This document shows, piece by piece, positions 13,560 through 24,187 of a stretch of DNA of 64,000 nucleotides (its first letter is position 1; each line of letters opens with the position of its first letter). Source of the DNA: Malacoraja senta (Eukaryota); contig CM075991.1 of the NCBI GenBank assembly GCA_038087875.1, positions 1,488,001-1,552,000 of the forward strand. Direction: 5' to 3'. A program made the position numbers and the translations under genes. The notes under the pieces were generated by a model, which searched no databases, was not told where the DNA came from, and saw only the letters and a list, made by a program, of their open reading frames with translations.

Positions 13560-15260
13560 ATGTGTGGAGCTGAAGAACAAGAAAGGAATGATCACTTTTT
13601 GGGGGGTGTACAACAGACCCCCAAATAGTCAAAGGGAATTAGAAGAACAAATATGCCAGCAGGTTGCAGACAGCTGCAGGTCAAAGAAGTTTGTTGTAAT
13701 AGGGCATTTTAACTTTCCCAATATAGACTGGGAAAGTCAGAGTGTGAAAGGTGTAGATGGGGTGCAATTGATCAAAAGTGTTCAGGAGAGTTTTCTCTGG
13801 CAATATGTGGAGGCCCACACGTGAGAGGGCGACACTTGATCTAGTCTTGGGAAATTGGGACAGGCAAGTGAATGAAGCGTTGGTGGAGGAGCCTTTTGGG
13901 ACCAGTGACCACTGTTCGATTAGGTTTAAAATAGCTATGGATAGGGACAGATATGGCTCACGAGTAAAATGCTAAATTGGGGTAAGGCCAACATTGAGGG
14001 TATGAGAGAAAGTCTCGCTCAAGTTGATTGGAGCTGGTTGTTTGAGTGGAAAGGAACATCGGCCAAGTGAGATGTTTTGAAAAGTGTGTTGACAAAAGCT
14101 CAGGATATGCATGTCCCTGTTAAAATGAAGGGCAATATAGGCAAATATAAGAAAGCTTGGATGACGAGGGAAATTGAGGCATTGGTCAAGAATAGGAAAG
14201 ACGCTGGCGACATGTATGGGCTCTTGGATCAAGAGTATTCCTGGAGGAGTTTGAACGATGGAGCAAACTTAAGAAGGAAATCACAAGGGCAAAAAGGAAC
14301 CAGGAGAGTGCTCTGGCAAAAAGCATTAAGGACAATCCAAGAGATTTTATAAATATGTAAGGGGTAAAAGGGTAATCAGAGAGAATACCAAGGTTCTGTA
14401 TTTACCGAGGAGAAAGACAGGAGAACAGAGGAACTTGGGGCAGTCAATGGAAGTGTCTTGAGGGCAGTCAGTGTTATGGTCGAAGAGATGCTGAAGGTAC
14501 TATCATGTACAAAGCAAGACAAATATCCAGGGCCTAATCAGATATATCCAAGGGCATTGTGGGAAACTAGTGATGGAATTGCGGGAGCTCTTGTTGAAAT
14601 CTATGAGTCATCTTTAATGACAGGAGAGGTGCCGGAAGACTGGAGGGTGGCAAATGTTGTGCCTTTATTAAAAAAGACCAGTGAGCTTCACATCTCCAGT
14701 TGGAAAGTTAGTAAAGAGTATTCTGAGAGATAGGATGCACAGGCATTTAGACAAGGGCGGATTAGGGATAGTCAGCATGGTATTGTACATTGGAGGTCGT
14801 GTCTCACAAATCAGAGTGAATTTTTTGAAGACGTGACCAAAAAGGTCAAAGAGGGTAGAGCTGTAGATGTTGTACATGGACTTCAGCTTCAGATATGGAC
14901 TTCAGCTGAGCATTCAACAAGTTTCTGCATGGTAGGCTGCTCTGAAAGATTAGATCACACGGGATCCAAGGAGAGAAAGCTGAATGGATAGAAAATTGGC
15001 TTCATGGAAGTACCTTTCAACCAACCTTTTCACACAAACGGTGGTGGGTGTATGTGACAAGCTGCCAGAGGAAGTAGTTGTGGCAGGGACTATCCCAACA
15101 TTTAAGAAACAATTAGACCAGTACATGGATAGGACAGGTTTGGAGGGATATGGACCAAATGCAGGCAGGTGGGACTAATGTAGCTGGGACATGTTGGCTG
15201 GTGTGGGCAAGTTGGGCCGAAGGGCCTGTTGCCACACTGTATCACGCTATGACTCTATGA
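13560..15260 (+). mobile_element. Degenerate CR1 LINE (EN-RT-3' end, internally deleted)
   Basis: GVYNRPPNS, GHFNFPNIDW, VPEDWRVANVVPL and the CR1 3' tail. Confidence 0.85.
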
Positions 15261-15989
15261 CTCGAAGGGGTTCAACCAACTATACCTAGAAGATGCAAAA
15301 GAATAGGGAGCTAAAACATTGCATGGTTTGTTGAAGTGACAGGGAAAGTTGCTAAATTGCTTAAAATTGAGCCTTTTAATGTAAGGCTCTGTAGGTCCTG
15401 TGCTATGTAGGCAGCCATTGCTTATCAACAATGACTCTACTTCACAGCTTTAAAGATGGATTTTAAGGGGTGATTAAAAATGAAATGAATGGAAAGTTAA
15501 ATCAGATGCATTATTGGAGGTTATTTTGATGGGTGGGGGGGGGATTGTGGGGCGAATTTTCAATTCAACTCGGGAACAAAGCACAGAATGAGACCATTTT
15601 AAGAGGCTGTACTGTCATACTGTATTTCTGTCATAGAAGGATCCGCAGATCCTGAGTATGTCAATCTGCATGGATGTTACCGAGCTCTTTAAGACTGCGG
15701 ACCTCAGAGCTCTCTCTGTGAACCTTTTTTGAAGAAGGATCACCAGCACGTTTCATCCTGCCTGATGGAGCAGGCTCTTGATCAGAAGAAGAGGATTCTG
15801 GAGGATTCTGAGGCACAGAGCGTAGCTTACCGGCCCTTCACTTCTCGAAGATCCTTCCTCACATTCATACCCTTCGTCTGCAGAAGGAACAGTTGCTGAA
15901 GTCTATCTGGTGTTGGCACAATTCCCTCAAAGGTTGAAACATACCCGGAGGTAGCCACCCTCTGACACTGTCCTGCCTTCTGAACATTG

Positions 15990-16670
15990 ATGGAGAAGAA
16001 AAACCTCCTCGACGGAGAAGCGACTTTTTCATGTCACCTCCCACGCGGCCAAACAGCATGGATTGGAGCGGCCTTTCCCGGAGTCAGGACCAGAGCCACA
16101 GCAGCGGGTGCAGCGTGGACTTTTTCCATCGCAGAGCGGGCGAACCCTTGCCGGTGGTCACCAGAGAGGAGTGCTCCGATTGCTGGCCTGCTGACTTTGA
16201 CATCATGGGGAAGTGGTCTGCGGAGCTTCTAGCTGCGGGCATGGCGTGGTCTTGCCATCCGGAGCCTGGGATCCCTTGCCGGGGATCGCCAGAGAAGAGC
16301 TCCGACTGCCGGCCTGCGGCCTATAACACGCTGAAGCCGCAGTCTCCGATAAGAAAGTGCCAATTTGGGCACTCCAAGCCACGGAGTGTGTTCGGCCGTC
16401 CAGACGTCGGAGTTTGGATCATCCCGACGAGAGGGCCTGCACATTGGGTCGTCCGTAGCGGCGACTATGGAGGGTTCATGGCCCCGACCACGGATGAACA
16501 AAGGAGGACTGGCTGAACTTTGTGCCTTCCACCACAGTGAACAATGCTGTGGTGGATGTTTGTGTTGAATCTGATTGTGTATTGTGTGTTCTTTTTAAGT
16601 GTATCGCTGCGGACAAATTCATTTCCCTGCACCTTCGGGTGCATGTGACGAATAAAATGTACTTTGACTT
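15990..16670 (+). mobile_element. GC-rich SINE-like retroelement
   Basis: CpG-rich body with an internal repeat, ending TGTGCCTTCCACCACAGTG..AATAAA..TTTGACTT; related to 17755-18670. Confidence 0.55.
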
Positions 16671-16909
16671 AATGTATTCCTAATGTGCTTCCCATCAATG
16701 TATCGGGGAATCAACGTGGAATGTTGCGCTGTTCTAACCTGCATAATCCCTCTTTAGTTCCTTGACATTCTCTGGGGTCAGCAGATTGACATTTACTTAT
16801 ATATGTATTATTTATATCCCATTCATTCCTGCTGTCCCATGTATAACAACACTAATAGCACCTGGTTATCATCCATCATGAGAGGAAGTGCTGCTCACAA
16901 ATTCCTAAT

Positions 16910-19278
16910 TAATGTTCTAGACTCAGGATCAGTTCCTGTGGATTGGATGGTAGATAATGTTATCCCACTTTTTAAGAAAGGCGGGAGAGAGAAAACGGAA
17001 TTATAGACCAGTTAGCCCGACATCGGTGGTGGAGAAGATGCTGGAGTCAATTATAAAAGATGAAATAGCCGCACATTTGGATAGCAGTAACAGGATCGGT
17101 CCGAGTCAGCATGGATTTACGAAGGGGAATCTTCTGGAATTTTTTGAAGATATAACTATGAAAATGGACCAGGGAGAGCCAGTGGATGGATTTTCAGAAA
17201 GCATTTGATAAGGTCCCACATAGATTAGTGGGCAAAATTAGCGCACATGGTATTGGGGGTAGAGTGCTGACATGGATAGAAAATTGGTTGGCAGACAGGA
17301 AACAAAGAGTAGTGATTAACGGGTCCCTTTCAGAATGGCAGGCAGTGACTAGTGGGGTACTGCAAGGCTCGGTGCTGGGACCGCAGCTATTTACAATATA
17401 CATCAATGATTTAGATGAAGGGATTCAAAGTAACATTAGCAAATTTGCAGATGACACGAAGCTGGGTGGCAGTGTGAACTGTGAGGAGGATGCTATGAGA
17501 ATGCAGGGTGATTTGGACAGGTTGGGGGAGTGGGCAGATTAAGTTTAATGTGGATAAATGTGAGGTTATCCACTTTGGTATCAAAAACAGGAAGGCAGAT
17601 TATTATTTATTATCTAAATGGTGACAAGTTGGGAAAAGGGGAAGTACAACGGGATCTGGGGGTCCTTGTTCATCAGTCTATGAATGTAAGCATGCAGGTA
17701 CAGTAGGCAGTGAAGAAAGCGAATGGCATATTTGCCTTTATAACAAATCGAGTATAATAATAATAATAATTCATTTTATTTGCTGGCGCCTTTCTAACAC
17801 CCAAGGACACCTTACAAGGCATAGAATCACAAAAATACAACACACATAATCGGAATAAATTAAATATAAAAACACCACAATACACAAATCAAGGACAGAA
17901 TTCAATTACAAAAGCACAAAAAGAAAATAAGAAACACAATTTGAGGAGAGAGCAGCGGCAGCCAAATCGCGCCAGCGTCCACTCTCCCCTCCGACCGCCA
18001 CCTTGAACACAGACTAACAGGCACAGCACACAAAAATCATCCCCCCACAATGGTTACCACTGTGGGGGAAGGCACAATGTCCAGTCCCCAACCCCAATTC
18101 TCCCCAGAGTCAGGCCCATCGAGGCCGCCACAGTTGCCTCTACGGAGGCCCAATGTTCCTGGCCGTCGGGAGAGTCCTCGCAGCGGTTGGAACGGCCGAT
18201 TTCCCAGCGGAGTCCATGGCACCTGAAGCCGACAGGGCCGCGCTGATTTGGAGCCACGAGGCTCCCGATGTAAAAGTCGGCGCCGCCGCCCGCAGCTGGT
18301 CGCTCAGCAGTCCCGCAGCCCGAAGGTGTTGATGTCGGCGGTCACCGCATACCGGAGCTCCAGCGCTTCGTTCCAGCGCGGCGACCCAGGCAAGGCATCG
18401 CCCGCTCCGCTCCGCTCCACGATAGCGCTCCAGCGCTGTGCCGCCACCGAAGCTGAAGGTGCTGTGCGGTCCCCATCAGGAAAACGGCGCTCCATGCCCG
18501 CTGGTAGGCCACGAGGATGGGTCGACGAGGCAGCCTGGAGAAAAAGCTGCCTCACCGACCAGGTAGGGACCCAGAAATAGTTTCCCCCTTACCCCCCCCA
18601 CATTAAAAGTCAAAATTCCCCAAACAAAGAAATAAAAAAGCTAAAACTAAAGAAAAAGTGAATTTGACGGACGTATAGGAGCAAAGAGGTCCTTCTGCAG
18701 TTGTACAGTGCCCTAGTGAGACCACACCTGGAGTATTGTGTGCAGTTTTGGTCCCCTAATTTGAGGAAGGACATTCTTGCTATTGAGGGAGTGCAGCGTA
18801 GATTTACAAGGTTAATTCCCGGGATGGCGGGACTGCCATATGCTGAGAGAATGGAGCGGCTGTGTTTGTACACTCTGGAGTTTAGAAGGATGAGAGGGTA
18901 TCTTATTGAAACATATAAGATTGTTAAGGGTTTGGACACGCTAGAGGCAGGAAACATGTTCCCGATGTTGGGAGAGTCCAGAACCAGGGGCCACAGTTTA
19001 AGAATAAGGAGTAAGCCATTTAGAATGGAGACAAGGAAACACTTTTTCTCACAGAGTTGTTAGTCTGTGGAATTCTCTGCCCCAGAGGGCGGTGGAGGCC
19101 GCTTCTCTGGATACTTTCAAGAGAGAGCTAGATAGGGCTCTTAACGATAGCAGAGTCAGGGGATATGGGGAGAAGGCAGGAACGGGGTACTGATTGGAGA
19201 TGATCAGCCATAATCACATTGAATGGCGGTGCTGGCTCGAAGGGCCGAATGGCCTACTCCTGCACCTATTGTCTATTA
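16910..19278 (+). mobile_element. 5'-truncated CR1 LINE (RT + 3' end) split by a SINE-like insertion
   Basis: [36 protein letters not shown]1 3'UTR. Confidence 0.9.
17755..18670 (-). mobile_element. SINE-like retroelement nested in CR1
   Basis: (TAA)n tail; host CR1 is interrupted at GAGTATA|GTATAGG (short GTATA duplication). Confidence 0.65.
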
Positions 19279-20406
19279 TTTTAGCTTGGGTATCTGCTCC
19301 AGCCAATTCTTGCCACATGTCCAGCCCTCCCAACCCCTTCAGGTAGCCAGCCTTAACAGTGAAGGGATCCACGGATTGGTTGGACCAGGTGTCAAAGATA
19401 ATGTCCTCATTTCTTGCTGTGGTTGACTCTGGCTCCCAAGGCTTGTTAAAGCTGGACACAGGAGCTGATAAATATACTGTGACGTTGAGTCTGAGCAGAA
19501 GTTAGCGATATCTTTCATGTACAGGAAAGCTTCGAGCAGAGAGCCGCTGCCACTTGTCATCACCGCCTCTCTATACCCGTATCCTTCTTGATGGGTCGAT
19601 CAAATATTTAACATACACAAGCAAAAGGAGCGGGAAAGCTTGCCTTACTCCAGATATGATGGGTAAGCTTTCTATTTCCCACCCATTTATTGGACTTGGA
19701 TATTGAAGTTTATGAGGAACAATTGTTTCCAATTTCTCAACCTTTCACAAAGCACAATCTGGGGGGGGGGGGGGCATATCCATCTTGTATGCATTCAGTA
19801 TTTTGTCAATTACCTTCTCTGGGCCCATTCCATCTCGTTCGGGTAGAGTACATGTTTGGTCCCATTGGATCGGCAGAAGCAGAATGGACTTGATCCAGAA
19901 GGGCCATTGCGTTGCTGAGGAGAGGGTGATTCTCTTGTGAGAGAATGGAGAAGTGGAGGATCACTAATTAAACACGGTTGCTAACAAAGATGAGAAATGG
20001 TTCTCCTAGAGGGCCATGTGTCTTTGTTGTCCTCTACAGTTTCCGCTCCTCATCAGCAGAATTTGGCGTTAAATTACGCCATTGATCATTTAAAGGTTTC
20101 CTTTATATAATCTTACTGATTTGCTGAGAACCATTTGACATATATTATTAATATGTCGTTATGGTCGCCCAATGTTTCGGAATGGGCTGCCAGGGAAATC
20201 CAAGGGGAGATACAAGGAACTGCAAATGGTGGTTTATATAGAAAAGGCACAAATTGCTGGAGTAAGTTAGCGGGTCAGATACCATCTTTTGAGATCAGGG
20301 ATAAGGGGATGTTTCAGGTCGGGATCCGTCATACAAATTGTATGGGGTGGTGAGAAAGCTGGAAGAGTTGCGGGGACAACGGGGACACTGTCGGTGCGGA
20401 TTCATT

Positions 20407-20778
20407 GACTTTCATCCTGTGGGGGAGCCGCCGATGACAGCGGGGCTGCGGACGCGTCGAGGTGAGGGCACAGGCGCTCCTGCAGGTAGTTGCCCGGGAT
20501 CCCCCAGCTGCTTGATGGCCAGTGGCGTCACAGGGGGTAGCATTGTTGCGGGTCAGCGGTGTGAGTATAGGCAGGCGGCGCTTCTCACACACAGCAGTGT
20601 GAACCGCGCCTGTGTAGCGACGCCCCAGCTCTGTGTCAAGTGGAGCTTTGGGGCCACAATCAACCAGGTAAGAGACAGTGGGCGCACAAGCCCTTCCTGG
20701 CCTGGTGGTCGACGGGCTCAGCGGCCCTGGACGCGGCATCAAGCCGCTGCATTAAGGCCAGGTTACAGAAGGCCCGTC
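20407..20778. repeat. CpG-rich segment, arm 2 of the inverted duplication
   Basis: See 13144..13495; ORFs 12926..13483(-) and 20338..20817(+) share a nearly identical translation. Confidence 0.9.
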
Positions 20779-20898
20779 ACCAGTGATGGAAATGGGGGGG
20801 GGGGGGGGAGTACGTAGGTGGACAGCGTTCCCCTAGTTTTCCGTTTTCATCCCGTGCGTGAATTCGCAGCGTTATCCTGCGCTACTAAATCCAAGGGA

Positions 20899-21155
20899 GT
20901 GCGAACCAGCGGACAAACAGACGAAAGCAACGATCAATAGGTGACATTTCGGGTCGAGACCCTTCCTCAGACTGAGTCAGGGGAAAGAGGAACAAGAGAT
21001 ATAGACGGTACTAAGGACAAATGAATGGAAGATTTGCATATACCTCCCGTTTCCCTTTCCTTGACTGTCAGTCTGAAGAAGGGTCTCGACCCGAAATGTC
21101 ACCCATTCCGCTCTATGATCGTTGTTTTCGTCCGTCTGTTCGCGCGTTCGCTCGC
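20899..21155. repeat. Fold-back of two inverted Penelope pLTR arms, each with a hammerhead-like core
   Basis: GGTGACATTTCGGGTCGAGACCCTTCCTCAGACTGA (about 20940-20975) is the near-perfect reverse complement of TCAGTCTGAAGAAGGGTCTCGACCCGAAATGTCACC (about 21068-21103); the flanks also pair. Confidence 0.8.
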
Positions 21156-21400
21156 TCTTGGTGCCGGCGCTTCTCCCCTCAGACTCCGCCAAACAAACAC
21201 ACACACAGTCCGGCAGATCGGTGCGGGTCGAGACCAGGAGCAGGGCGAAGGATCACATCAAACGGGTCCTGGGAGCTATCGAAAAAGTACGGAAATGGTA
21301 AGGGGGAAATTAAAAAAAATCACCCAAACGAAATAGATGTTTAACAAAAAAAGGGGTGCGGCGATCGCTCGTGTCTGTGTCGGAGGGAAGAGGGTGGGGG

Positions 21401-22503
21401 CAGGGCCGGCCTTAAGCCGATTGGTCCAATTGGCCTAAGGGAGCCCCGCGCCAGAATAATCTACTCTCGGCTCAGGTAGATCTACCCCCGGTGGAGTGGG
21501 GAGAGAGAGTAGAGGGGGAAGAAAGGGGTAGAAGGGGAGGGGGAATGGAGAAGGGGGAAGGTGGTCCCGGGGCAGCGCTCCCGCCCCTCCAGTCGCCGTG
21601 CTTCACGCACACAGCCCCGGCTCCCCTCTCTCTCTCCCCGGGAAGACGCGGTGAACAACACAGGGAGGGCCGGGCCGGGGGTTGGAGCAACGTTTACAAA
21701 CATCGGCCTCAGCTCACACCCGTCCGCCCGGACCCAGGCATCCACTCCTGCCCGCGGCCCTCTCCTCCCCTTCTATCCCTCCCTTCCCTTCTTCCCCCTC
21801 TTCTCTCCTTCCCTCCCTCTATCTTTTCCCTTCTCTCCTTCCCTCCCTCCCTTCTTTCTCTCCTTCTCTCTCTCTTTTCTTCTCTCCTTCCCTCCCTCCC
21901 TTCTTTCTCTCCTTCCCTCCCTCCATTGTTTCTCTACTTCCCTCACTCCCTTCTCTCCCTCTCTCCTCCCTCCCCTCTCTCCTTCTCTCCCACACACACA
22001 TAACGCACATACAACTAACACACACACACATCACGCACAGACAACTAACACACACACACACACACACAACTAAGTTAGGATTGGGTAGAAGCCCAAACGG
22101 TAGGATGGGGCTGAAGCCCAACATTTTATGCCTGGACTGTTTTTTCACCAATAGTTATTGGTTTTCCAGGATCTAGTTAATTATTTTTTTTTTCATTTCA
22201 GTCACTAAAACAAGTGGTATTGTAACTATTTACTTTTCAGAGGTGATCTACATATTTTGTTTGCTACTTGTAGGCTTACATGTATGCAATTTTATATTAA
22301 AATGTAGTTTAGATCTGTTTGCTCCATTAACTCGCAGGCACTTTTTAAGAGCACATTTTGATTACTTTCCATTCTACCTTAGAGATATAAAGTCTATAAT
22401 GACTTTATTTGTATTTCTATGATTCTACAAGCCTTGGCTGGGAACCTGGGGCTCAACAAAATTGTTCCCAATTGGGCCCTGCACCCTCCTAAGGCCGGCA
22501 CTG
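21401..22503. mobile_element. Non-autonomous hAT-like DNA transposon
   Basis: TIR CAGGGCCGGCCTTA / TAAGGCCGGCACTG; G-rich 8-bp flanks (GGTGGGGG / AGGGGGGG); CT and CA microsatellites inside. Confidence 0.7.
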
Positions 22504-22789
22504 AGGGGGGGGGGGGGATAAGATGGCTTGAGTGGGTGCAGGATTTTCTGGAGCTCCTTCCATATGGCAATATTTTGTATGTTCAAAGTTAATAAGGAGG
22601 GACTAGGCAGGAATATCAAAATGATCACCTGCAGCTGCGAGAAAAAAGATGATTTGTGCATGAAGAGGCCATGACCAAAGCAAATATACTAGAGCGGAGA
22701 CTGGTTACGGAAATGGTGCTGAAGATTACCCATGACCCTACTATGGCTTTTCGGTGAGTGGACTATCTTGCTTCGCTATAGGATATTTG

Positions 22790-23190
22790 GTTTCCAGTCT
22801 CCATGAGATGGAGAGTTGTGGAGGAAAGTGGAGCTGTAAGGCCAGTCCACGTCTTTCACCAACTCATTGGAACTTTTCCAAATTCCATTATGACTGTCTA
22901 AGAACTTGGCCCTGATCAGACCTGGCGTCTCTCCGCCGTAATCGAGTTCAGCTCCTGGACTCCAACTCGTAGACCACCCTCTCCTTCCTGAAGCGGATAA
23001 TAAACAGCTGTAAACCGCTGGCAGGACTGTGGGCGGAACGCGAACTCCCAGTCAAAGTAGCGAACGTGGTTGTTTACAACGTGGTATCTTGGTCCACGTG
23101 GCCCGAACTGGCGGGGGCGTAGGTTTGAAACTCCTGGCGTGGTCTCAGCGAGTTGGGACCTGAATCCGTCCTTTGGATCTCTCTCACCCT
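22790..23190 (-). pseudogene. Copper-containing amine oxidase (AOC1/AOC3-like) pseudogene fragment
   Basis: Joining frames gives SLRPRQEFQTYAP/RQFGPRGPRYHVVNNHVRYFDWEFAF/SPASGLQLFIIRFRKERVVYEL/GVQE/DYGGETPGLIRAKFLDSHNGIWKSSNELVKDVDWPYSSTFL, colinear with the recalled vertebrate AOC catalytic-domain start (GPRF..W.FAF..SG....RF.GER..YE..VQE...YGG..P.....DCP). Confidence 0.85.
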
Positions 23191-23289
23191 CTCGCCTCGG
23201 CATTCCCGGAATCATTTGGTGTTTTGCGGGACGGCTGCATCTGCGGTTCCTTCCGGGGGGTGGGGAAACCTTGGCCATGGTGGCTCCTG

Positions 23290-23685
23290 GTCCATTCCCT
23301 CTGCTGGTTGCCGCCTGGCCCGCTGAGTTCCCCCAGCACTCTGTATTTTGTTTGGCTCTGGAGTTGAAGGTGGACACGAGGGGGCTGGGGTGGCTCAGCG
23401 GGACGGGCGGCGGCTCTGGGGAGTGGGTGGCGTTTCGGGTCGAGACCCTTCTGCAGACAATCACAAGCTCTCTCACCGACGAGAGTTCAGTTCAGTCTGA
23501 AGAAGGGTCTTCTCTCCAGAGTCGCTGTCTGTCCCGCTGAGTTACTTCAGTTCAGCTCTATGTCTAACGTCAATTTCAAGAGTTAAATAAAAAACACAGA
23601 GTGCTGGAGGAACTCAACGGGCTAGGCAGTATCTGTGGAGGGAATGGATTCGGAGTTGTTTCGGGCCAGGGTTCTTCTTCAATAG
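23290..23685. mobile_element. Cluster of alternately oriented Penelope pLTR-derived short repeats
   Basis: CCCGCTGAGTT / CTCAGCGGG and TTTCGGGTCGAGACCCTTC / CTGAAGAAGGGTCT blocks in +,-,+,- order. Confidence 0.65.
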
Positions 23686-23821
23686 GAAGGAACTGCAGAT
23701 CAAAGATACTAGAGTGGATACTAGTATCTTTGCTGCAGATCAGGCATGATATTCTTCCGAGTTAAATCGTAATTCCGATTTTATTGTTTTCCTATTTTCA
23801 ATTTTTTGCTCGATTATTTGG

Positions 23822-24025
23822 CGGCCAATCAACCACTGTCTCTAAGCGGGTTGCATCCAATCACCGACCAGCTTCCCTTAATTCCATTCCATTCCACTCC
23901 TCCCGTCCAATCAGCCGAAGTCTCCAAGGGCATTGTGTCCAATCACATCATGCACTGGTCACTCAGTGGCCAATCAGACAGTGTCCTAGGGGCCTTTTGA
24001 TCAATCACCGACCTGCTTCCCTCAC
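23822..24025 (+). promoter_or_regulatory. Array of CCAAT (NF-Y) boxes, candidate promoter
   Basis: CCAATCA at 23825, 23857, 23907, 23939 and 23970, plus TCAATCA at 24001; spacings 32, 50, 32, 31, 31. Confidence 0.6.
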
Positions 24026-24187
24026 CGAAGCAGACGATGGCTTCAGCCAACAGACACAGAGAGAGAGAGAGCGAGAGAGATGCAAGAAAGCAGCTATGAC
24101 ATATAATACACAATAAACTATATTATAAATACACAATAAACAAGTGATGCATTCTTGCACTCTTACAAGGATGTGACCGCACATAAA

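Noticed and set aside
21491..22176. Overlapping 160-170 aa ORFs
   Set aside because: CT and CA microsatellites inside a non-autonomous hAT element
22916..23540. 186-aa (-) and 156-aa (+) ORFs as intact genes
   Set aside because: Chimeric read-through of pLTR repeats and the frameshifted AOC remnant
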